From positions 51,398,001-51,462,000 of the forward strand of contig CM059446.1 of NCBI GenBank assembly GCA_030390025.1: a stretch of 64,000 bases of DNA, written 5' to 3'. Positions 33,011-46,261 of the stretch are shown here, one piece after another. A program made the translations under genes and the position numbers. The notes below the pieces were generated by a model. That model was not told the DNA's origin. It was given only the letters and a program-made list of their open reading frames with translations, and searched no databases. Origin of the DNA: Squalus acanthias. Its lineage: Eukaryota. Every line of letters begins with the position of its first letter. Within the stretch, counting starts at the first letter, position 1.

Positions 33011-35599
33011 AAACAAATGTGAAGGGCCAAGGCCTACATTAAAGAGAAGAAAAATGAAGAGGTAGTCATTAGTTGAAGCCAAACTTGGATTCTAAGACTT
33101 GTCGTTTGTAGGTGAAAGGGAAGAAGGGGAAGGGGAAGAGTTATGCAGTGTTTGGGAAAGAATGAGTTACAGTGGTAGATTGTGCATTGAACTGTGATTT
33201 CAACATAGAGTGCGGGGAAGAAGAACATGTACAATGGTGCATTTGGCGCTTCTAATGTTTAATTGAAGTTTGTGCAAAATTCATGAAGAATAGAAATTTC
33301 AGGTGATCTTTAGTGCATATAAACCTCAAACAATGCTAAGCTGCAGAATTTTAAATAAAGAAATGCAATGATGGGAACTATCATCTAATATGAGAGTCTT
33401 TCTATGCTTTCCTAATCTGTATGGTGTAAAACTTTGCAAAAATGACTGGTCACTCCCATCTCCCTCACATGTTTTCTTTCTAATCTCTTCTTTTTTTCCA
33501 TTGTACCCGTTCTCATTTCTCTCCCCTTCCCCACCCCAGATAAGACCTGGAAACAGAGACAAGTTGGATTCAGAATTCCTAGGCGCCGTGGTTTTATCAC
33601 ATACCTGAGGCTAAATGTGATAGAATCAGCAGCGTACAAGAGGGCTGCAAATCACTGTAGATGTTCTCGGCAAATCAAAGTTTAGCACAAAGGGGGTTAG
33701 GAATGGGTTAAATCCAGCCTGGATAGCGCAATGAAATGACGATATTGAGAAGCTGTACATCAAAGCTGCTGGTGGGACACGGATTGTATTGGATGACGCC
33801 ACATTTTAGGATGCAGCCCTTTGCGCACATGCAGTGTAGGATTATCTTCAGTTGGGACATGATAATCTTTGCGCTATGTTCTACTGAAACTTCTTTGGTA
33901 GCTCCAGGTTTTCAGAGATCAACAGATGTCCACTTGTTTTTGTTGCCGTGCTCAAATTGAAACCTCTAGGCTTTATTCCTCTCGGAGAGTTGAAGGACTC
34001 GGTGACTTCTGAAAATTAGGGAAGAATTCCACGCTTAGACTCCAGCGTCAAATCCAAACCAAATTTATGTATAAAAAAAAGCTTTGATCAAATCCAAGCG
34101 TCTGCCCCATAAACTCTCATCCTCTAAAGCAAAACAACAAATGAAGACTTTGGCCCCACTCCCTCCAAACTCTGAAGAAAAGATGACGGCCATCTAAATA
34201 TGGATTCGCACTCAAAATCAATCTCCATCATTATGAATACCAACATAAATCATATTTGGTAAAGAAGAAAAAGATATCGGATTACTGCCGGATAAACGGA
34301 GCAAGACTGAACTGGCGAGGAGAGTCTAGAATCCAATCCAGCTCACCAATTTGTTCAAGACATCTTTGCAGACATCCTGGTTTGCTCCTGGAAGAGTTAG
34401 CAGTGTCTGGGGAGTTGATTTGTTCCTGTTTGAGGAGCTTGGCTGTGGTAGTAGCAGATGGTGGAGGGATTTGCAATGTTCAGGGCGGCGTGAGGTGTTT
34501 TTGCAGATTAGGAGGGTGTTTCTCACAGGAGTTGGGCGCCTTTGTTCCGCAGTGAAATTTCCCTCGATTTAGTTCTATGCGATCGACGGCAATAGGTTGG
34601 GGAACAAATCTTATTCTGCACCTGATGGACGGCCCTTGAACGTTGTTTAGACATTGATGATTCAAATCCTTCTCTCTAAGCTTTGCATTTCAAAAGGAAA
34701 GGACAGGCTGGGACTGGAATTTCCTTTTTTTAAATCTTATTTCTGCTTGTTATTGATTTCACAGGGCCAGAATGGGGAAGACTTGGGAGAGTTTGATAGA
34801 GAATGAACTTTCAATTTAAATCAGGTTATAAATAGTAACTGATACCTGATGTTTGTGGGGTCCATCAGAATTTATCTTTAAATAAAAAGGTGGGAGCACC
34901 ATTTCACTTTGCTGTGAGGTTGTTAGAATAGCATTGCACCCATAACAATCATTAACACATCAGACTTTCAATGTCTGATTAAATGGGTAAACATTTTGAG
35001 AAAAAGCGGAGTAATATTTCAGTTGTTCGTTCTTGTGCTAAATATGAAAGGTAACTAAGTACAAACTCTCTGAAAGATTGCTTGCCACGTTTGCCTACAT
35101 AACAGTCAATGCTCCAAAATGTGTGAACCGCTTTGAGACTTTTCGATGACACAAGGAAATACTACATCAATGCGAAGATCTTTTAAGTCAAAGTCAGAAG
35201 ATTGTTTGTCCTGTGATAATTGGTTAGCTGCGTTTGTTAAAATGTGATTCAACTTTTAAATCTAGTCGATATAGTCACCAATTTGTTCACAATTACCGTT
35301 AGACTTTGGCACATCCCCATAACTTACAGGGATGAATTATGTGCAGATGTTTTCCAGTTCATCTTGGCAGCACTTGCAAATCACCAAAACAACTCTTTAC
35401 AATTTGGAAACTTACAAGCTAAAACATATGCATCAACTGCATTTCCTTTCCTTTCATTGTTGGTTAGAATGTGTATGGAGTGCATGTAACAATCAGTTGG
35501 GTTCCACTCATTTCTGGTGAGAGTGGATTTTGTGCACTGCATTTGATGTCAGATATCAAAGCTGCCAGGAGATGGACATTATACCAGTGATCTCTAAGG

Positions 35600-35893
35600 T
35601 GTGCCCCTGGACCACACATAACCCCTGAGCCCTTGTAACCCGGCTCAGGCAACAGAATCCTATCTGCCCTTATTTTTTTTCCTGGCCCTTGTTTTGTGCT
35701 GTTTAAATGCATGCCAAGAGGTTTGGAAAGGGTTGTCTTAGCACTGTTGCTGCATTGTGGATACATTCTAGATCAGAAAACCTAGGTCTGTTGGTATCAG
35801 CAACTTGAGATATGTGTAAATTAATGTGATCTGCCTCCCCCATAGTATGCTGCACCTCTGTGGTGCACAAAACAAAAAGCTTGGACACTCCGG
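35600..35893. mobile_element. Second copy of hAT-like element
   Basis: GGTTTGGAAAGGG, TCTGTT.GTATCAGCAA..TGAGATA and CAAAAAGCTTGGACA shared with 20650-20840; left edge uncertain. Confidence 0.55.
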
Positions 35894-36259
35894 CTAAACT
35901 ACAGTTTTATAGGTACTCACTTTAGAGTGTATTGAACTAGCAGCACTGATCTATACTGCCAGCTCACACTGCTCTATACAAACCTATTTAAACACACAAA
36001 CAAAATTCCACTTACTTGAGTGACAACGCAAGTGATTTTCTTTAGTGTTATAATAGAGCTGACTGTCCTGCCAGGTCTATAATTTAAATGTATATATATA
36101 GAGAGAGAGGGAGAGAGATTAAACTTTGCATGGCTTACAGTGGACATGAAATACCAACCCATTGAGACTGCTTCCTTAAGGTGATGTCACACCACTTACC
36201 AAAATTCCAATCGCACTCAGAACAGATTTTGTGCATTGAGATGCATAACCCATCTTTTT

Positions 36260-36600
36260 TTTATTCATTCCTGGGATGTGGGCTTCGTTGCCAAGGTTGG
36301 CATTTATTGCCCATCCCTACTTGCCCTTGAGAAGGTGGTGGTGAGCCTTCTTCATGAACCACTGCAGTCTGTATGGTGAAGATGATCCCATAATGCTGTT
36401 AGGTAGGGAGTTCCAGAATTTTGACCCAGTGACAATGAAGGAATGGCAATATATGTCCAAGTCTGGATGGTGTGTAACTTAGAGGGGATCTTGGAGCTGA
36501 TGGTGTTCCCATGCACCTGCTGCCTCTGTCCTTCTAAATGCTGGAGGTGCGTGTTTGGCAGGTGCTGTCAAAGAAGTCTTGCATCAGTGTTGAGCTGCAT
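36260..36600 (-). mobile_element. CR1-group LINE 3' end (tail donor of SINE at 14958)
   Basis: Minus translation IPSLSLGQNSG / SFIVTGSKFWNSLPNSIMGSSSPYRLQWFMKKAHHHLLKG; tail shared with the SINE. Confidence 0.75.
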
Positions 36601-37529
36601 AACTAGCCTACCAGGCCTGGTAGCTGTGAATAAAAATGAGAACCCAACTCCCAGATTAACATATAATTATTTCCCTGTAGTTCAGTAACAGCTTCTTGGT
36701 GATGCCATAATACTATCACTGATGTCATAACAGGATCCTTATGACATTATAAAGATGCATCATTTCCTTCAATGTATTTCCATATAATTAAAACTAACAC
36801 ATTAATTAATTTAATGGTAGTTTGCGACTACGTTTGCACATGGAATCAGAATATGTAATAGAACATAATGGGAAGTAGGGGAGAGACAGAGCAACAGTGG
36901 GCTATCCCATTTATTCTGTGAATGAGGAACCCTGATTCACTAAATAAAGTGAATGATTCATTAAATCTATTAAATTTTCTTTGTTGCATAATGGAGTTGT
37001 AATGGAAATTATTACATAGATGGAGAGCTGAACTGCTGCTCATTGCATCATATGAGCTAGCCCTTGATCTCAAAGAAAAACAGGATGGCGAAGCTAGGGT
37101 GTTGGCTCACTGCAACTTGAATAATCCTTTAAATGAAGATAAAGTATTCAATTCATAGACCTGTCCTCAGCTTCAAATATTGCTTCTTTCACTAGAAAAT
37201 CGGGATAGATATTTGGCTCTGAAACATAAACAAGAAATACATTGAAAAGCAGCTCAAATGTCATCGTGTTCACTGAAAGCAAAGCCAATCAGAGGATATC
37301 AGTTCCTGGGCAGGCTGTGCGCTGTACCAATACGGTGGTGAGTGAGGGAGGAGTATCAGACTCCATGGAATTACACACAAGTGTGGACATTGTATGTATG
37401 ATGACACGGATTAATCACATCGGGATTGGTATGTTTATGAAAAATGAGTTTATTGCAGTTAAAAACCTTAAAATTAGATTGTGAAATCTTCCTCTTCAGA
37501 ACCGATCCTGACACTTTGTCCTCAACAAC

Positions 37530-37760
37530 AGCAAGCATAAACAGCAATTATCTTTTACACTGTCTTTAGTGTAGCTAACGATTTCAAGGCTTTCCAGGAA
37601 GGGGTGATGGGAACAGACACCAAGCAGAGACTGGAGGAAGGTATGGGGAGGTGACATGAAGTTGGGGCCAAACAGGTGGGGTTTGAGAGATACGGCAAGA
37701 GGGTGGGGTTATGGAGGAGAATTCCAGAGAGCAGAATAAGCTCCACAGCCTCAATGTGTC
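37530..37760 (-). mobile_element. Old L2 3' end
   Basis: Degenerate homology to 22940-23170. Confidence 0.5.
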
Positions 37761-38039
37761 CAGGGCTTGGGATGAGAAATTTAGCCTTGTGTCGGGAAAG
37801 TGGGGATGTAGGTTAGTGGGGATGGTTACAATATACGTTCATAGCCCAAATCATGAGCCCCAAATGGGCTCATTTGCAAAAATAAACCATAATAACACGT
37901 ATCGCTCCACTTGAAATCTGAGTGTCCTTCAGTGTGTGTCCTCCATGTGCATTGTTGCAAAGCATTCACATAATGAAAAGGTTCATTGATAAGACTGTGG
38001 TGAATGATCCAGCAGGTTACATGCTGGACTAGGGGATAA

Positions 38040-38330
38040 AGACCCAATTAAAGCGCAAGGCGAGATCTTTAATTAGCTCACAACTCCCTATGCAAGCATA
38101 AATCCTATTGGACAGTTACCATTTATTGGCTGTAGTCAGTCAATCTGTTCAATGAAAATCAAACTCCATTTGCACCAACCGAGAAGTCATATTCTTACTG
38201 ACTGTGCCGCTCGTTCACAATAAATTAAAAATATGAAGGCAGTGCCCTGTGTAAACGTGGCTTCACAACGATTGCAAGGCAACTCTTGTAGAGGGCTGAT
38301 ACAAATCGACTCATTTCTGCTTCCCCGCCC
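38040..38330. promoter_or_regulatory. Candidate conserved non-coding element
   Basis: Non-repetitive block with CAATTA/TAATTA homeodomain, TGTAAAC forkhead-like and CCAAT-type motifs; conservation not verifiable here. Confidence 0.3.
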
Positions 38331-39704
38331 CCAAACCCATTCAACGCAGACAACTGACAAACACCTACATTGCTGCCAGAATGAGCGGCCCGTGCGAAGT
38401 GGCGGGTATTGGAAGTAGGATAATATAGCACTCAGCAGGTACCCAGATATCACAGGTCCACACACTTTTTTTGTATTGATGGAACTGAAGTTAACCAGAG
38501 CGAGAACAAAGTTTAAAGACACAAATTACAGTAGATTACGAGTGCGTCTTTCAAGCTCCAATCTAACTGAAGCAAAATAAAACATCTTTAAGTAGGACTT
38601 GTTAGAGCCCCTTTATATGTTGCACCAGTTAAAAAACCAAGCACTGATCTCTGGCCTGCTCGCTTGGTGTTCACTGCGTTTAATCCTATAGTTTAAGACA
38701 CAGTGGGGATCATTTGATTTCCTGGGGAGATCCTGTATAAAACCCAACAGTGAAAACAGGCACAAATCTGATAATCATCAGATTGATTTGGGAAGAATTA
38801 GAAGTCTTAGTCTAAAGTGGGATTTAAGAAACAAAAAGAGAAAAACACATACGGGAAAGTGAGCCAAATCAGGCTGCCCAACACCTACAGCAAAATCCTG
38901 CTTCATTGAATGTTGAAACTTGCATTAAACCCCAGTGCAACGCTGATCCTGCTGAATACTCTTGCTCTAATTATCACAGTTCAAAGGTTTATTTTTATGC
39001 GGTTTTGGCAGGAAAAAAAATCCAGTTTAGAATCTTGAACCATTTCGGAGAAGAGACAGAGGGAATCAGCAAGTGAGCGATGGTTTGGAATTTGAGCATC
39101 CTGAGGGATGTGTGTCTGTCACATCGCATTAAAAATAATTCATTTGTAGTTGATGTTGGGGCTGGCTTGTTTGCTAATTGTGCTCCATGCGGTAGAGCAG
39201 CTGAATCCGTTTAACCTATACTGTGGAATGCACTTCTTTTTGTTACAAAGTAATGTTCCTGAAGACTGACGCTACCGTATTATTTATGAAAGGTGCAGAA
39301 TTTACAAACGGCATTTTACTTTTGTGTAAAATCTTTGGCATATTATCGAAAAATGAATAAACTTACGTAAATTAGAAGATCTTGCAAAAATGAACTCCGA
39401 TCCATGAAATGGTGGATAACTAAGCACTTTGTGTGTGTGTGTGTGTGTGTGAGGAGGGGGTTTAAAGGGATTGATAGTCAGGATACTAGATACAAAATCA
39501 AATCGTTTAAATAGTATGGACATGAAATACAAAGAATAACAATAACTATAGGCAGGCTGTATATTAATACAATTTTATATTATAACACTGATTCATAATT
39601 AGTGTTTTTTGTTTTCTTTCCCTGTTTATTGAATTTCTGGATTTTTTGAATCCTATTTTTTCTTTCTCTTCTTGGATCTCCAAATAAGAATCCATTGAAA
39701 TTTA

Positions 39705-40205
39705 AAAAAGCCATTCGGCCCATTGCATTTGTGCCGGCTCTTTGCTAGAGCAATGAAAAACTAACCCCACAGCCCTGCTTTCTCGCCATTGCCCCGTATT
39801 TTCTTCCGTTTCAAATATTTATCCAATTTGCCCGTAAGATGCAATGGTTTCCGCCTCAACCATTCCCCGTGGAAAAGAATGTTATATTCCATCAGTCCTC
39901 TCCCTAAACAAATTTCTCCTTACCTCTCCTCACTCTCTTAATGGCAATTTTAACTTGATGATCCCCGTCACTGATTTCCCAACCAGCGGCAATAGTCTTT
40001 CCCTCTTCACCCTCTCAAAACCCTTCATAATTTAAAAAAAAAACTCAGTTAAAGCTCTTCTTAGCTTTCTTGCCCCAGTGGAATTAGTTCTAGTTCCAGT
40101 ATCTCAAGTCTCTCCCCATACCAATAGTTTCTCATCCCTGGCATCATCCTGATGAATCTATACTGTATGCTCACTATTTCTTTAATGTCCTTGCTATAAC
40201 GAAGC
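39705..40205 (-). mobile_element. CR1 3' fragment
   Basis: GCCATTCGGCCCATT..GTGCCGGCTCTTTG and TCACCCTCTCAAAACCCTTCATAAT antisense to 5100-5480. Confidence 0.8.
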
Positions 40206-41499
40206 AATGAAAAACACATTGATTCGCGTGTACTCTTATACTTTACGCCAGTGTTTATAAAAACTAAAATTACGTTGGCAATTTTATGACACTATCCCAG
40301 ATAATATCCAATACAGGCTGGTACGAAAATCAACCGGCCAGAGTGGCCTGTTCCTGTGCTGTAACATTATATGTAAAATTATCCAATAAACGATATAATT
40401 GTCGTGAAGTTGTCCTAATCTTTTATCTATAAATAGATTCTAACATGAAAAACATGATCTGTTGTGCCAGCGATGTTAACCCACACTTGTCTTGGGCCCG
40501 TTAACAGAGAAATCAAAGAGACCAAATTCATTATTGTCTTAAACTTGGCATCAACGCATGTCTTTATCGGCTCTAATGTTTTATTTTACAGGTTTCCCGT
40601 TGGAGAGTCACCCGAAGAGTTGCCGTTGCCACAGGTGGATTGGCTCATGACCCCCAGACTAAAGAGGAATCAGAATGAGGAAGAACATGTAGAGAACACA
40701 ATAAGCACGCTGCAAGGAGGTTAAAGACCTGAAGTCTTGGAGAAAGATGGGATGCATTGCTGATCTTTGCATTTTGAACATTCCGAGCGGACTCGTAGCA
40801 CTGATGTTTATTCACATCGCTTATATTGGACATGTGATCATTGAAACAAACACGTTCTGTTGGGGAAGAGTCTTGGTTTTCAGCCCGTGTGTATTTTATT
40901 GCAACTGAATCAAAAAGCTCAACCACTTACATTTCTGTTGTCCCACCCCCCGCCCCACCCTTCCCCAATCAGCATCAGGACCACTTGAGGTCAGTTTCAT
41001 AGACTCACAATCAAAGATTTGTCTGTGTGGTAGGGCTGATGTAGAGGCGGTTGGGTCAGTAAATACATTACAGCTCAATAGCCCGCACAGAAAAGGAGGT
41101 GACATCACGACAGAAACTGAAAGTAATAAGCAAATATTCCTAATCAGCTCAATGAGACCAAATTGCTCTAAGTGGCGGAGGCGGTCTCAGTTTGTTTTCG
41201 GACCCACGTTTGCTTATCGAGGTGGGAAGATTTCAGAGATGAGGCTGCTAAAATTCATATTATATATGAATTTGAATATATACATGAATCTTAGAAAATT
41301 TAGTAAATGTTTTATAATCTATTTTATAGAGAAGGAAATTAAGCTTTAACCTGCTGTAAATCTATATGGGGACGCATTAAAAATCGCGTATTGCAGGCTA
41401 CCCATTTAAATTTTTTTTGTACAGTTTCTTCCTTCTGCAGGTGTTGACTCTTGCTGGGGGCAGGTTCCACTCTTTCCCCGCTGGTAGCTTGCCCAATCT

Positions 41500-42258
41500 T
41501 CAGGTGTAAAGTTTCTGCTTTGGACGCAATCGGCGATTCGGGCACAAATTGCGCCCACAATTGCGCCCATTTTGAACATTGTCCGTCCCCCCGCCCCCCC
41601 CCCAGTTTGCACTCAAACTCATTTGCATTTCGCTGAACGCAAAATCTGCCACGTACCAGCACAATCTGCCAGTGTTTTAAAACGTTATTTTTTTTTTAAA
41701 TTGCTGTATAAAATATTCCTTGATATATTTAAGAGTGGCTACTTGGTAAAGTTTGATTAATACAGCTGAAAATAGGCTTATCACAAAAAATAAGCATTTT
41801 AAATCACAGTGTCAATCCACCACCTGTGAGTAACCCGATTTTAAATGACATAAAAAAATATAGAACCAGTTCCTAGTTATATTGGGGGAGTGTAGTCAGT
41901 TCATTAGTTAATATTTTTTTAAATCATTCAAAACCTTTCAAAACATACCTATTAGTGTCTTTGCGCCCAAAAGATCCAGCTTAATTTTTGGAGTCTCCTC
42001 CAAGGCCTACAAACGATCGCAATTAGCGGAAACTCCCAATGGTGATTAATTCAGCCTGGGGGGTGTGGCCAGTTATGTGGGCGGGGCTGGCTTCTAGCGC
42101 GATGTTTTAAAAACTAGCACAAAAGATCACGGAAACTCGAGTTGCGCTGAGCATAATTTGCGCTTAAAATTCCACAATCTTTTGAGCCGGTTACTCTGAT
42201 AAGGGGGAATTGCACTGGGGGAAAAAAAACAGGGCAATCGAGCGGAAACTCCAGGCTG
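41500..42258. mobile_element. Non-autonomous DNA transposon (Harbinger-like)
   Basis: Imperfect termini AAAGTTTCTGCTT / GAGCGGAAACTCC and repeated subterminal AATTGCGCCCA motifs. Confidence 0.45.
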
Positions 42259-42580
42259 AAGTGTGGGCAGGCTATTATACTGTGAGAGGCATCACAGCTC
42301 AGTTCGAACCCGCCCTCACACAGTGTGGACAAAATGCATTTGTTAGCTGGGGTCACTGAGCATTAATCAGGAGCAGGAACTCAGCTGGTCTCCCCCACCC
42401 CTATGAGGCCATAGCTTCGAAGAATTCACATATCTGTACACTTAGCAAACGAATATCTCCACCGGGTGTAAAGTGCAACTTATGCAGCGCCGCTACTGTT
42501 GCCCTGACTGAGCTCAGCTCACTCAGCACTGTGAAGGAATGAGGCAAACCTGGGACCACTCTGGATCTGTATGGCTCGAA
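42258..42580 (-). mobile_element. Old tRNA-derived SINE with internal insertion
   Basis: Homologous to 915-1250; interrupted at about 42412-42482. Confidence 0.6.
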
Positions 42581-44516
42581 GATTAATGAACATTGAGGAA
42601 GAACTAAATATTGAGAGGTTTGCGACTGAACAGATTTTAAATTCAAATTATATACATATATTCCAATCCCATTCTACTTCTGAAAGATTGTTTCTTAATT
42701 AAATTTGGTATAAACCATAAATTGAAACATAAACATATAGAAGAGATTCAAATTAATATATAGAACATCACTGATTATTTTTGGAAATTAATTTAAACAA
42801 ATGAAGAATATCAATAAACGAGCATAGACTAACTCGGCGAGTGTTGAAAAGGACAGTGTGTTTGTAACGCTCCTACATGTAAACCAATAGATTATCTATT
42901 TGTTTCGGGCAATAGATGAATTGCTCGTCAATTTACGGTTCCACGTCCCACCTTCTCATTCTGAAGGAATGTTTATTTCTTGCACGTTTGTCCGGCGGGA
43001 AACCCATTCACGTTGTGGTGTAATTAACAATACAAAGTATGAACCAATATCTGGAAAATGTTATGCTGAAATTCTATGAAGGTTTTTTCGGCGACCTATG
43101 ACTGATTTATTTTTTATACTATTCGTAACTTTTGGGACTACATTTTACCTGAAATACTTCATGCACAGTAGAAGAAGGTTGCCTATGAAAGTAAATATTT
43201 GAAACTTTGATTAGGAACAGTTTGAAATTCCAGCCAATGCAGGGGTCGGGGACCTGCACTGATGTATTCTCATGGTCTGGTGCTGTTATGGCCCAGTTGC
43301 TTGTATTAAACTGTTCACAGAGTAAATCCCAGTACCGGTGGGTTTGCTGATCTGTGGACCATAGCTTTCAAGATTTTCAAAGGATATGAACACACCTATC
43401 CGTACACTTATTAAACGAATATTTTCACCGGGTGTAAGGTGCAACTTGTTTGATTGAAGATTTAATCGCTGTTGAGCATTCCTACAATAATCCTCCAATA
43501 AATTCACGTTTCTGATTAACTTCTTGCTTTCTTCTCGCTGTTATTTTTGGACACTATTTCATGTATTTTCATTGCAGAAATAAATATTCTGTAAAATATC
43601 GGCTTGCAGAGGAAAGAGGTACTTGCAAATACTTGATGAGGTTGATCTTCGGTTGAGCTTCCTTCAGCCCCATCGGCTATTTAAAAAAAACCTCTTGCAA
43701 TTAGTCTTGAATGATTAATTGGATTGTCAGTCTCGGACAGTGAAAGGCCGCAATGTTTCACTGGGAAATTCGCCCCCCCACCCCCCATTTATATAGAAAA
43801 TAGAACCGAAAATAAGAACGTGTTTAATAGTCTTGGTAAAGGAAGGGCTTCAAATATCTTTATTTCTCACAAGTTCCATTACCTTTTCCATGGCTTTGAA
43901 CAATATGTTTTCTTTCAATATTAAAATCAATATTGCAGGTATAAGTTTATAATCCATGTTACTACACACAGTTGGCCCCAGCTCATACCTACTGGTTATT
44001 CGAAGTTTTGCAGACGCCTGATTAAGCATTAAAACGAGCCATCGCTCACTCCTGCAGTCATTTTATTAATCTTATAACAATGGAGCATTTTGAAATAATT
44101 CACCAATTATAATTGTTTCGCTGTGGGAAAATATAGCTGTTTTCATGTATCAACCACATGAATGATATGTAGACATGTTTTATATCGTTAGTTACTCAGC
44201 ATAAAACAGGACTAATAGTGTGTATCAATTATATCGGTTACATTATTCTCATAGAACTAAAACGTGTTTCAGAATTTATGTAAGGAGATTTGATAAAATA
44301 TTTTACAGGTTAGTTCATGTTCCTGTCTTAAGTTTCGACCACAACTTGCTTGTAGTGTTTCCGTTTCCGCCGTAATATTTACATCCTGGATGGGCCAGTC
44401 AGTATTTGAGCTGGGTACAGAATCTCAACTAGTTCTGGACCGTTCGGGCATCGCTGTTCCACGAGCCAAGAGTTTGTCACTCGAGTTTTTTTTTCGTTCA
44501 AACTTAATTAGATTTG

Positions 44517-44631
44517 TCACTTGTGAAGTAAGGCGATACATGAGCCTTTCATTTCCTGTTTATTAGACCCTCACTTGTGAAGTAAAGCAGTGGGTGCGCC
44601 TTTTATTCTCTCTCGTGCTTATTACAGCCCT
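44517..44631 (+). repeat. Diverged ~54-bp tandem duplication
   Basis: TCACTTGTGAAGTAA at 44517 and 44571, each followed by GCCTTT.ATT...TTATTA..CCCT. Confidence 0.7.
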
Positions 44632-45547
44632 GTTTTCTTTTAGTTTGGATGATCTTTTTACTATTTTCTAATTGAAAGAAATTCTCGATCATAGTCACTG
44701 GGCAGCAATGAAACAAAAACAAAGATTTATCACAAATTGTTGTGTCACACTGATTTTTTTAATATAAATTCAAATTTCATTTTTTTAAACTCGGCATCTT
44801 CAAGTCGGCATATTAATGCTCCATGTCGATGCTAAACACGCCAAGTGTCACGTTTTCCCAGTGATCAGGGTGAACCATAGGCGACAAAAGTACAGGCATG
44901 AACATAACTGGTAATATCTGGGGAGAACCTGGACACCCGTCATTAAGGGCTCTCAGATTAAATTCGCTACGACAAACCTCACTGTGCGGGGATCCATCTA
45001 ACAATGTACAGTTACAACCATTTATAGAACATAGCTAGAATGTGTGTGATTATCGCATCTTATAGCGAGGTACCCAAATAAATAAATTACTGCCGTTGTG
45101 TTCATGGAGCATACAGTTCCATGCCGGATGTCTCGCATTTAAACTTTTACCTAATTGCTTTTACGTAATTTCTGAAATACATAGTAGATATTTAAAGAAT
45201 AATACAGGGAATTGCGTTATTTTATTTAGTTTGTGAAGATACCTTCATTCATGTTATTCGGTGTTATAACTAGATGACAAGTGTTGGAATTTAGGGTTCT
45301 ATACTGCAAATTAATAGGTTTCAAGAGTAACACATCCGCTTCTCGAAGGCAGAATAGCGCCTCCTTATGAGAGAAGCTCAGTCAGCCATTTCCGAGTAGG
45401 GATGTTGGTGGTTGACTAGAGACTTGGCAAAGTGACCAGCTAGGGGGGGAAAATCACTTCCACCTCCAGTGGGGCACTGAACAAAACGTTTTAATTTTTA
45501 GTTTTATTCTGTTTTGCCTCTAATGATTTTTCCCAAACAGGGAGTTC

Positions 45548-46261
45548 GCCCAGCCCACACTGCACAACACAGAACAGCCCATGGACACCCAGCCCAGCCC
45601 ACACTGCACAACACAGAACAGCCCATGGACACCCAGCCCAGCCCAATCTACACAACACAGAACATCTCATGGACTCCCAGCCCAGCCCACTCTGCACAAC
45701 ACAGAACAAACCATGTACACCCAGCCCAGCCCAGTCTGCACAATACAGAACAGCCCATGGACACCCAGCCCAGCCCAATCTACACAACACAGAACAGCCC
45801 ATGGACACCCAGCCCAGCCCACACTGCACAACACAGAACAGCCCATGGACACCCAGCCCAGCCCAGTCTGCACAACACAGAACAGCCCATGGACACCCAG
45901 CCCAGCCCAATCTACACAACACAGAACAGCCCATGGACACCCAGCCCAGCCCAATCTACACAACACAGAACAGCCCGTGGACACCCAGCCCAGCCCAATC
46001 TGCACAACACAGAACAGCCCATGGACACCCAGCCCACACTGTGCAACATAGAGTAGCTCATGGACACCCAGCCCAGCCCACCCTGCATAACACAGAACAA
46101 CCCATGTACACCCAGACCACACTGTACAACACAGAACAACCCATGTACACCCAGCCCACCCTGCACAACATAGAACAACTCTTGGACACCCAGTCCACCC
46201 TGCTCAACACAGAACAGTCCATGGACACCCAACCCACTCTGTACAACACAGAATAGCTCAT
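45548..46261 (+). repeat. Minisatellite, ~17 units of 44 or 39 bp
   Basis: Unit CAGCC CAGCC CACAC TGCAC AACAC AGAAC AGCCC ATGGA CACC; register at 45581, 45625 ... 46021 (44 bp) then 46060, 46104, 46143, 46182, 46221, 46260. Confidence 0.98.

Noticed and set aside
45548-46261. CRISPR-like regular repeat
   Set aside because: Units are head-to-tail with no unique spacers, there are no cas genes and the context is vertebrate.
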